Shown piece after piece: positions 1 through 7,550 of a DNA stretch of 64,000 nucleotides (within the stretch, counting starts at the first letter, position 1; every line of letters begins with the position of its first letter). The notes beneath the pieces were generated by a model. It was not told the DNA's origin. It saw only the letters and a list, made by a program, of their open reading frames with translations, and did not search any database. Where the stretch lies: the NCBI GenBank assembly GCA_963765145.1, contig CAVXVG010000005.1, positions 4,007 to 68,006 of the forward strand, written 5' to 3'. This stretch comes from Parachlamydiales bacterium. GTDB lineage: Bacteria; Chlamydiota; Chlamydiia; Chlamydiales; JAJFMK01. The translations under genes and the position numbers were made by a program.

Positions 1-536
1 GGGATCGCCCTACCTTCATTGTCCCCCTCAACAACGGAAAGTTTTTGCGAAAGGTGGGGGTGAAAGGGATCATTGAACTGGATTGGTGGGAATCGTATGG
101 TCCTGTCACTTTAACCCCTTCCCACCATTGGTCTTCCCGCACCCTTTTTGATCGGTGTAAATCTCTTTGGGGCGGCTTTTTGTTCCAAGAAAAGGGGTGG
201 AAAATCCTCTATGCCGGCGATGGGGGATATGCAAATGACTTCAAGAAGATCTACGAAAAATTTGGCTCACTCGATCTGTCTCTCATCTCGATAGGCTCTT
301 ATGCCCCCCGCTGGTTTATGAAAGAACACCACATGTGCCCGGAAGAGGCTTTGCAAGCACACCTCGACCTCCATTCCAAAAAAAGCATAGCTTACCATTT
401 TGGTACTTTCCAGCTAGCCGACGAGCCCTACCACGAACCTGCCGAGCGTCTGAAAGCCGCCCTGCAAGAGCACGGGTTATCGCCAGACACCTTCCTCGTC
501 CCCGAGCACGGCCAAACCTTCAAGTTCTCCCTTTAG
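1..536 (+). CDS. MBL-fold metallo-hydrolase, C-terminal part (gene enters from left edge)
   Basis: Frame of ORF 45..536 stays open back to nt 3. Sequence (ILYAGDGGY, IAYHFGTFQLADEP) resembles beta-lactamase-fold / NAPE-PLD-like hydrolases. Stop TAG at 534-536. Confidence 0.55.
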   Translation, partial: DRPTFIVPLNNGKFLRKVGVKGIIELDWWESYGPVTLTPSHHWSSRTLFDRCKSLWGGFLFQEKGWKILYAGDGGYANDFKKIYEKFGSLDLSLISIGSYAPRWFMKEHHMCPEEALQAHLDLHSKKSIAYHFGTFQLADEPYHEPAERLKAALQEHGLSPDTFLVPEHGQTFKFSL

Positions 537-553
537 TTACCCTTTTTTTTGGG
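483..553. repeat. Direct repeat DR1, copy a (true 3' end of the MBL-fold gene)
   Basis: ccagacaccttcctcgtccccgagcacggccaaaccttcaagttctccctttagttaccc+T8+ggg recurs at 1392-1462. Confidence 0.9.
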
Positions 554-554
554 G

Positions 555-1322
555 CTATGGGTAACGTTCGTTAAATGCATCGATAGCCGCATTAATAACG
601 CCCGTTCCAAGATCTTTAGAGTCAATAAACTTCTGTTCATTATAAAATAAACCAGACTGAATTTGTGACGCTTTGTGATTAGTTGGTTGAAGAATTACAT
701 TTCTTCTAGGCGTCCTAAATAAACTATAATCAACTTCATCATAAGTGAAAGTGATCGAGTTTTTTTCCGTGACACGGCTCATGATTTCTTTAATTCCTTG
801 AGTTGCTACCAATCGGGCGTCTGAGATAGCTGCGGGGTCAACAAGCTTAACTTGTTCACCCTCTACATACTTGTTAAGAGTACCCAGACACGACGCGTCT
901 AAATTTCTTTTAATAAAATCATCGAATGATCCGAATTCTGTAGCTTTTGGCACAAATTTTAAGAATAAAGCCTGCATAACTTCATCTCGATTATTAAATT
1001 TTGAGGCAATAATATCGAGTTTTTTCAAAAAGACAAAGTTGCTCCCTTGAAGGGTATTAGTTGATCTCTCTGGACTCTGGTAATCTCCCGCCATACCAGT
1101 TTCTATAACGTGCTTATCAGGGTTATATTTGATGTATCCTTCCGAAATCAAGAAAGTGTCAGGCAAGCCTTTAAACTCTCCCACTGCTACTTTGATTTTT
1201 CTTGACGCAGCATCTTTCCCTACAGAATTAACTGTACTTTCCCATGCAGTCTTTAGCTTTTCTTGATTCGTGGGCAATATTGGTCGAGCATAAGAACCAT
1301 CACTAGTTAATGTTAAACTCAT
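555..1322 (-). CDS. Hypothetical protein (255 aa), AT-rich orphan cargo ORF
   Basis: Uninterrupted 255-codon ORF with ATG start. Visibly more AT-rich than its neighbours. I recognise no motif. Lies exactly between the DR1 copies. Confidence 0.5.
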   Translation of the reverse strand: MSLTLTSDGSYARPILPTNQEKLKTAWESTVNSVGKDAASRKIKVAVGEFKGLPDTFLISEGYIKYNPDKHVIETGMAGDYQSPERSTNTLQGSNFVFLKKLDIIASKFNNRDEVMQALFLKFVPKATEFGSFDDFIKRNLDASCLGTLNKYVEGEQVKLVDPAAISDARLVATQGIKEIMSRVTEKNSITFTYDEVDYSLFRTPRRNVILQPTNHKASQIQSGLFYNEQKFIDSKDLGTGVINAAIDAFNERYP

Positions 1323-1391
1323 AATAAAAACTCCAATCTTCTATTTTTCATATTAAAGTGAACTATATTTAATAGTAAAGAGTAGGGTGCC

Positions 1392-1462
1392 CCAGACACC
1401 TTCCTCGTCCCCGAGCATGGCCAAACCTTCAAGTTTTCCCTTTAGTTACCTTTTTTTTGGGT
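1392..1462. repeat. Direct repeat DR1, copy b
   Basis: Matches 483-553 with two substitutions and a 1-nt length difference. Still encodes PDTFLVPEHGQTFKFSL-stop on the + strand. Confidence 0.9.
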
Positions 1463-1887
1463 TTTGCTTTTTCAGGTGTGGAAAGAAAGACACGATAATC
1501 TGTTTTTAGGACTGTCGCTAATTTTTTTGCCGTTTTTTCACCAACAGGCCTTTTTCCATTTTCCATCTTGGAAATATTGTCTTGTGAAATGTTGGTAAGG
1601 GCGGATAATTCTTTTTGGGAAAGGCTTTCACGAAAGCGCGCTCCTCTTAGTGCCAAACCTGCTTTTGTATGTTTCTCAATACGGTCTTTGGCAACCTCTT
1701 CCCAGGGCTTAGCCTCATCCCATGACTTTCTTGCGTCTTCTAAATGATCTAAAAAGGATTTTAGGCTTTCTTTAGTTGCCTTGTCGTTTGGTACTTGGTA
1801 AAGGATTTGTTTGTTTCCGGGGATCCCAATCGTTATCTGTATAGTACTTTGAGTACTAGTATGGCGCTGCCTCATGTGTCCCGACAT
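1429..1887 (-). CDS. XRE-family helix-turn-helix antitoxin (HigA-like)
   Basis: C-terminal HTH LSQKELSALTNISQDNISKMENGKRPVGEKTAKKLATVL. Overlaps the upstream toxin ORF. The toxin-then-antitoxin order is as in higBA. Real start may be the M at 1875. Confidence 0.7.
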   Translation of the reverse strand: MSGHMRQRHTSTQSTIQITIGIPGNKQILYQVPNDKATKESLKSFLDHLEDARKSWDEAKPWEEVAKDRIEKHTKAGLALRGARFRESLSQKELSALTNISQDNISKMENGKRPVGEKTAKKLATVLKTDYRVFLSTPEKAKPKKKVTKGKT

Positions 1888-2158
1888 AAAAAACCTCTAT
1901 TTCTTTCCGATTGGTACTTACAACTCTCCAGCAAGCAACAAATGTTGGCTTGCCCCGTTTGAGATGGCAATGGTAGGTGTCTTTTGACAGTTTCCCATAG
2001 TGAGGCCATGCAATTCTTTCAGGGCCGCTTATCTCCATCTCAATGATCAAAAAATCTACTAAATCAGTAATGGAAGGTTTTGTCCTGCCATTTTTTTTTA
2101 GTTTTTCATACTGCTTTTCAGCTTTGTTGGATAAACGAATGTGCCAACGTTCGCCCAT
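1856..2158 (-). CDS. RelE/ParE-superfamily (RelE/YafQ-like) toxin
   Basis: About 100 aa from ATG 2156-2158; the track ORF starts at a TTG at 2215. HCHLKRGKPTFVACWRV ... VFYVGTHEAAPY resembles the RelE/YafQ C-terminal pattern. Paired with the XRE antitoxin. Confidence 0.6.
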   Translation of the reverse strand: MGERWHIRLSNKAEKQYEKLKKNGRTKPSITDLVDFLIIEMEISGPERIAWPHYGKLSKDTYHCHLKRGKPTFVACWRVVSTNRKEIEVFYVGTHEAAPY

Positions 2159-2216
2159 TTCAATCTCTTGGGTAGCATACAATTTGACATATGTCAAATT
2201 AATGAGCAAGGCCAAA

Positions 2217-4484
2217 CTACCAGGGAAAGTGGCGGGCGATGCGGTGGAAGAGGGCTTCGAGACAGGAAGTTAGGACAGAAATTTTGCGGAAGAAGAGGGC
2301 GCTCCAAGAAGAAGGCTCCGGTTGAGCCCTATTTTTCCACTGGTGGGCTGTTTTTGCTTGGGTGATCTCAGCAAGTCTTGGCACATCGACTATAGGGCAG
2401 CGGTTTTTCCACAAAGGGGGAATCTCTACATTTTCACGCATCTCTACGACTAAAAAGAGCTTTCCACATTCCACCTTTTCTTCAATGCGATCCAGAAAGA
2501 TCGATCCAAACTTAGTAGCTAATTGAGTGCCTTGAAAGAAAAGAATCAACTGTTCTGCCTTGTCGGTAATCTCTTCGACCACTTCGCTTAATTGAACTTT
2601 CCGGTCTTGAATATCTTGATAAATTTCATTCAGGTCGATGGTTAAAGTGGCTCTAGAAGGAAATTGCTTGAAAACTTGATGGATCAAGGTAGTCTTTCCA
2701 ACGCGTGGTTGGCCGGTGACAAACACTGCAGTGTATTCATCTGAATGCAAAGCTTTTGTAACAACGTTTGTTTCAGTCCGATCGATACTTGTCTTGGTAG
2801 ATGGGGCGATACGCTTGCCATACTTGTGCAAGAGAGAGGCTTGATCGATCAAGGTTAAATGTGGGTCGTTCTTCAATCGTTCAAGTTCAAGTGTGACATC
2901 CTCAGCCGACAACTTTTCTATTTTAGCTAACCTGTTGATGACAACTTCTGGAGTGACTTCTGTGATCCCCTCTCTTGAGGCTCGGTTACAGATAGTATCG
3001 AGGAGCTTATAGGCAGAAGAGGGGAGCCCTTCATGCTTTACGAACTTAAAAGAGAGGTAAACAATGGCTTCCAGAGCTTCGGATGTAATCGAGAAAGGGG
3101 CTTCATGTTTGCAGTAGCTTGCTTCAAGCCGTTTTTTATCAAGCTTGAGCACTTCAAGAGCTAGCTTGGGGGTCATTCTGTCGATTTTTTGAAGCTGAAA
3201 ACGGCGTACAAAGTCGGGAGCTGACTTGACCAAACGTTCAAATTTCAACTCGGTGGTCATAGCGACCATAGGAAAGTTTGCCTCGTCAATGTGGGTCAGT
3301 AAAAGATCGGCAATCGTCGTCTCTTGCGACGAATGACTATCGGAAGTTTGAGAAATTTCATCAAAGACGATCAAAACTTCGTTGGCATGCTTTTTTGCAT
3401 AGTCGACAAGTGTTTGGATCTTTCCTTCCATCATGCCACGATAGGGAGTGTTTGCGAGCAATCTGCTAGTATCTACAAACAAGACCCTTCGTCCTTTCAT
3501 ATTGTCAGGGGCTTTACCTTCATGAATTCTTCGGGCAATTTCTCTGGCGATTTGCGTTTTACCACACCCTGTAGGACCTGTAAGAAGAACAGATGATAAT
3601 TTCTTTCCACCTAAGTCATCAAAAATTGACTGGATCTCTTCCTCTCGGCCATAAGCCGGAGAGATTAGCCCCTTTTCTGCAAGCTCGGTAAGATCGATTG
3701 TAAAGGTTTTGATATCCACTTCGGATTTGCCAGCTTGGGAACCTAGGATCTCTTTAAAAAACGATTCCATCATTCTTTCCGGATGGCGATCAACTTTAGA
3801 CGGTTTTTCTATCCGATACTCGCCTGAAATCGAAGGGAGTTCTTCTTGAGTAAAGGTGCGTGTGGAAAATGCGTTTTTTAAATCTTCATCTAATAAAACA
3901 GCGCTGAATTTTGCACCCTCTTGCAGGGATGTCTCCTCAAAATCGACAAAAACTGTCTTGTCAGTCCCATAAGCTGAGATGATTTGCTCTCGCAAGAAGA
4001 CTTTTTCCTCATTTGGCAAAGAGGGTTCAATAAGAAAAACCCGTTTGGCAATCTCATCCTCTCCTGGTTTTGTGTCAGGCTTTTCATATTTCATCAGGTA
4101 GGCAAGGGTCATGAGTTGATTTTTTGCCTCTTCAAGTCCCAATGATTCAAACGAGGTAATCATCGACGAAACAATCCTCATATTTCGGTAATGATATTGT
4201 AGAAAAAGCTCCCGACCTTTTTCATTTTCAGAAACCATTTCGAATGCTTCGTCTGTCAGGTCACGTACGAGCCCATTATCCATCATCTTTTGTAGAACTT
4301 TTTTGGCGTTCTGATCTGCCTGAGGTAAATAATGGGGCTTTTCTAGGGGTGCAGGCGGCAAAGAGCGGCTGACCCCATTGGTAAATACATGAGGGGGCAG
4401 AATGGGTGCAGTCTTAGTCGGAATGATCTTAAAGTTTGGCCAGGCGGGGATCCAAGAATATAGCTTATTAAGGTTGAATAGCAT
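2217..4484 (-). CDS. Divergent Clp/Hsp100-type AAA+ ATPase with novel N-terminal module and degenerate second P-loop domain
   Basis: Residues about 265-520 align by eye with the D1 domain of the clpC in this window. Shared elements: GREEEIQSIFD..LLTGPTGCGKT (Walker A), YRGMMEGKIQTLV, LIVFDEI (Walker B), FVRRFQ. A second P-loop, VTGQPRVGKTTL, lies near residue 590. Confidence 0.75.
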   Translation of the reverse strand: MLFNLNKLYSWIPAWPNFKIIPTKTAPILPPHVFTNGVSRSLPPAPLEKPHYLPQADQNAKKVLQKMMDNGLVRDLTDEAFEMVSENEKGRELFLQYHYRNMRIVSSMITSFESLGLEEAKNQLMTLAYLMKYEKPDTKPGEDEIAKRVFLIEPSLPNEEKVFLREQIISAYGTDKTVFVDFEETSLQEGAKFSAVLLDEDLKNAFSTRTFTQEELPSISGEYRIEKPSKVDRHPERMMESFFKEILGSQAGKSEVDIKTFTIDLTELAEKGLISPAYGREEEIQSIFDDLGGKKLSSVLLTGPTGCGKTQIAREIARRIHEGKAPDNMKGRRVLFVDTSRLLANTPYRGMMEGKIQTLVDYAKKHANEVLIVFDEISQTSDSHSSQETTIADLLLTHIDEANFPMVAMTTELKFERLVKSAPDFVRRFQLQKIDRMTPKLALEVLKLDKKRLEASYCKHEAPFSITSEALEAIVYLSFKFVKHEGLPSSAYKLLDTICNRASREGITEVTPEVVINRLAKIEKLSAEDVTLELERLKNDPHLTLIDQASLLHKYGKRIAPSTKTSIDRTETNVVTKALHSDEYTAVFVTGQPRVGKTTLIHQVFKQFPSRATLTIDLNEIYQDIQDRKVQLSEVVEEITDKAEQLILFFQGTQLATKFGSIFLDRIEEKVECGKLFLVVEMRENVEIPPLWKNRCPIVDVPRLAEITQAKTAHQWKNRAQPEPSSWSALFFRKISVLTSCLEALFHRIARHFPW

Positions 4485-4491
4485 GGTGATC

Positions 4492-6243
4492 TCAAGTAGT
4501 GCTTAGAAGCTCTTTTCGCTTCTTTTCATCTAAAGCCTTAAAGAAAGCCTTAAATTTTAGATCTTCAGGCAAGCAGATACAGTTAACGTTATTTTTCTCT
4601 CCATAGTTGTTTGTAAAAGTGACAAAAAGTGCCTTTAACTTATAAATAGATCTGATTTCTTCTTTCACAAGAAGAGCTTCGTCTGGCGTTAAGCTGGGGT
4701 GAATCCAGAAAAATCTTCTTGTAAACTCACTCTCTTTTGGTCGATCGGTTTTCATGTAAAATGCAGCAGCTCTGACGGCCTCTTCTGCAGATTTCTTGCC
4801 ACTATTAGGTAGGGCAATGGTGACATTGCCATTACCCATTTTCATTTGGGCAAAAGATTGTTTTTTCCACTGAGAAGAAAAAGCCGCCTCATCAGTAATG
4901 TCACGAATAAGACCCGCCTTTTCGTAGGGGAGGAGTTCTTCGGCTTTTCTTGGCAAATAATCCTTTTTGCTATGAAGCTTGTCTATGTAAGAACGGGCTG
5001 CTTGGCTGAGTGGGGGAGGTGTCGCTTTTTCTTTTTTTCTCACTTCTTGAATAACATAAGAGCCAGGTTCTAAGCTGCAAGCCTTCCATGCATGATCAGA
5101 AGATTCCAAATCTACTTTTTCCCAAGACTCCAGAAGAGCGGCAGTTTTATCTAATGTGAAAATTTGCTTTGTAAGTAACTGTTTGTCAACCCCATTGAGT
5201 CTCTCATGGAGAACATAAATCCGTTTTGCTTTTTCCTCTCCTTTCAGAGGCAATGTTTTCATTAAAAAAGCGACATCATTAATAAGCAATTTTCTTTTAG
5301 AAGATACTGAGCCTCCTGAGGGTGTAAGACTTACAGCGTAATAGTCTTCCATATAGAGGGTAGGTAAATCGCGTGTGTTTTGGCGTAGCGCTTCGACAAT
5401 CTTCTTGGCATCATTGTAGAACTTAGTTCTTTCAGGAGTCGCTTCATTTGCTTCTGTTGTGTCAGTTATTTCGCGAACGAGTCCAAGGCTCAGAAGTGTT
5501 TGCATTTCTGAACTAATGAGAGGTAAAAAGTTCTCTGTAGAAATCGTTTGTTCTCCGTGGTCGACATAATGACCACCGAGGCGAAGAGGGCCATCTGCTT
5601 GCGCTTCCCTCAGCTCTTTCATTCCTGGTAAATGATCGAGTTTTTCTGGAATCGGAGGAAATCTTTCAGCTTCGTCCATCTCTTGTTGCAGTGTTTTTAA
5701 CACCTCATTTCCCTTCTCGGTAATGTAGGCATAAGAAAGCTTTTTTTTAAAACTTTCTGGCAAAATCAGGTAAGTTCCAGAACCTACCCTGTCAAATTTA
5801 TGCTTGTCGGCTGTACACTCAGCAATGCAGGCATATCGGTCGTACACAGATTTAAGCTTCCATCTAACTAACACTTGCTGTTCTTCTGTCAATTTTTCAG
5901 AGAGTATGAAAATTCTTTTAGGAGTCTCGTCTTTCTCAGCAGGCGGTTGAATTTTCATGAGAAGTGCAGTGGTTTTCATGAATGCCGTTACACTGGATGC
6001 ATTGATCTGAACCATCCCTGAAAAAGATCTTATCATGCGTACAGATTGCTGCTGATCAGGAGTTATTAGGTCAGCATGACAGGAACATGTGTAAGCATCT
6101 ACTGTAAGGTCGCGGACCAAGCCGGTAGTGATCAAGTCATAAATTTTTTCATCGAGCTTGGGTAGATAGCTTCTAGAGTTAGATGATTCCAATTTACTTA
6201 AAGCATTGAAAAACGGATTTAATATTGTAGCAAGAAAAGACAT
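4492..6243 (-). CDS. Protein built of three copies of the module found at the N-terminus of the adjacent ATPase
   Basis: The pattern YLP..GL(V/I)R(D/E)(L/I)TD ... (F/L/Y)MK..P...(K/R)R(I/V/F)(F/Y)...L..E...L...I..(Y/L) repeats three times. Ends 7 nt before the ATPase gene start. Confidence 0.6.
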   Translation of the reverse strand: MSFLATILNPFFNALSKLESSNSRSYLPKLDEKIYDLITTGLVRDLTVDAYTCSCHADLITPDQQQSVRMIRSFSGMVQINASSVTAFMKTTALLMKIQPPAEKDETPKRIFILSEKLTEEQQVLVRWKLKSVYDRYACIAECTADKHKFDRVGSGTYLILPESFKKKLSYAYITEKGNEVLKTLQQEMDEAERFPPIPEKLDHLPGMKELREAQADGPLRLGGHYVDHGEQTISTENFLPLISSEMQTLLSLGLVREITDTTEANEATPERTKFYNDAKKIVEALRQNTRDLPTLYMEDYYAVSLTPSGGSVSSKRKLLINDVAFLMKTLPLKGEEKAKRIYVLHERLNGVDKQLLTKQIFTLDKTAALLESWEKVDLESSDHAWKACSLEPGSYVIQEVRKKEKATPPPLSQAARSYIDKLHSKKDYLPRKAEELLPYEKAGLIRDITDEAAFSSQWKKQSFAQMKMGNGNVTIALPNSGKKSAEEAVRAAAFYMKTDRPKESEFTRRFFWIHPSLTPDEALLVKEEIRSIYKLKALFVTFTNNYGEKNNVNCICLPEDLKFKAFFKALDEKKRKELLSTT

Positions 6244-6292
6244 ATATTCTATTTTATAGACATTCTATTTAAAAATAAATTGATTTTTACTT

Positions 6293-6563
6293 CGCAACGC
6301 GTTTGGAGTGCTCGAACTCTTGTTGCGCTTTGACTTTCAAAGAGTGAAAGCGCAACAAGAGTTCGAGCACTCCTGAGTAAGTCTCTTAAAACACAATTCT
6401 CTTAAACTTAAGAAATACTCTCTGTGATCTCTCGAGTCCTCTGTGGTTGAAATATCTTTAAATTTTTATAACCACAGAGGACTCGAGAGATCACAGAGAG
6501 TATGAAAACTTACTTCATGATCTTAGGGACGGCAGTCTCTTCCTTGCTCCAAACGCTAGCGCG
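6293..6563. repeat. Composite palindromic repeat, family G (termini CGCnAnGCGTTTGGAG / CTCCAAACGCnnGCG)
   Basis: Contains hairpin gtgctcgaactcttgttgcgc...gcgcaacaagagttcgagcac and the cacagag hairpin at 6418-6500. Related copies at 24390-24944, 29049-29471 and 52029-52696. Confidence 0.85.
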
Positions 6564-6573
6564 TGGGGTGGGG

Positions 6574-7533
6574 TTACCACACAGGGATGATGCCGGTGAG
6601 GTTGTTGCGGTCCCATTGAGTGTGGATGGATGCTTGAGGATCATACTCCAGTTGGCCGTTCATCTGGTTGTACACCATGAGATTGCGCTCATCATATCGG
6701 TCGAGGAAAATATTGGTTTGAGAAGTGTGCACATCAAACCCCGGCTTTGCGACGATTGTTGTTCGCTTGCTGCCATCTTCCAGCTTTTCTTCAATCGTTT
6801 CGTAACGAGTGGTAGGCATCAAATTCCAGTGAGATTTTGTATCGAGTAATTCTCGTCTGAAGACAAGGGTCTGGCCTACGAGAGATCTATCGCCCATCTG
6901 ATCAAAGATCAGGGTTGCTACACTGAATTGATTCAAGCGAAGAGCTAAAAGAAAAGGGGTTGCTTCGATGAATCGTTGCGGTTGGAGAGATCTTTCCGGC
7001 AGACGAGGGGCAAAATGCTTTGTAAAGAAAAATTCACCTGTGTCTTCGTTGAGCCACGCATGGGTGTTGAGCTCTGCCCCTTGGCGGATCTTCTTTTCTG
7101 CAAGAGAGGGATTGTCGGTAGCGATCGCTTTAAATAGTTCTTTTGAAAGGATGTCCTTTGTGTATTGGCTGATGTTGCCTCTCATGAACCGTTTTTCGCC
7201 ATATAAAGGGAGCACTCTAAACTGATAGCTAGAGAGATCTTTGTAGCTCAGCTCTTGAAGGGAACGGAAGTCATCGGCCTGATTTTTGAGCATGAACTCA
7301 CGGACGCTATTGATGTTGGCATAGACCTTTTCGCCATTCACTGTGATGGTGACAGCTTTGCCAAGGATGTAAGCGCCGGCTTGTGTTAGTGCATTATTAT
7401 AGGTGTCGATGCTACCTGCGTAGTCGCCATTGATCGCAAAATGGGTTCTACCCCCATCTACAACTGTATCGATAAGTTCAGCTTTTTCGATTCTCATTTG
7501 AAAGTCCTTTTTTTTAGAAGTCAACATTCTCAC
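6574..7533 (-). CDS. Hypothetical protein, possibly with two ankyrin-like repeats
   Basis: ELFKAIATDNPSLAEKKIRQGAELN and ATPFLLALRLNQFSVATLIFDQMGD resemble the ankyrin consensus (TPLhlA...LL..GAD). Lies 17 nt downstream of mfd on the same strand. Confidence 0.45.
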   Translation of the reverse strand: MRMLTSKKKDFQMRIEKAELIDTVVDGGRTHFAINGDYAGSIDTYNNALTQAGAYILGKAVTITVNGEKVYANINSVREFMLKNQADDFRSLQELSYKDLSSYQFRVLPLYGEKRFMRGNISQYTKDILSKELFKAIATDNPSLAEKKIRQGAELNTHAWLNEDTGEFFFTKHFAPRLPERSLQPQRFIEATPFLLALRLNQFSVATLIFDQMGDRSLVGQTLVFRRELLDTKSHWNLMPTTRYETIEEKLEDGSKRTTIVAKPGFDVHTSQTNIFLDRYDERNLMVYNQMNGQLEYDPQASIHTQWDRNNLTGIIPVW

Positions 7534-7550
7534 AAATAAATGTTAAGATT

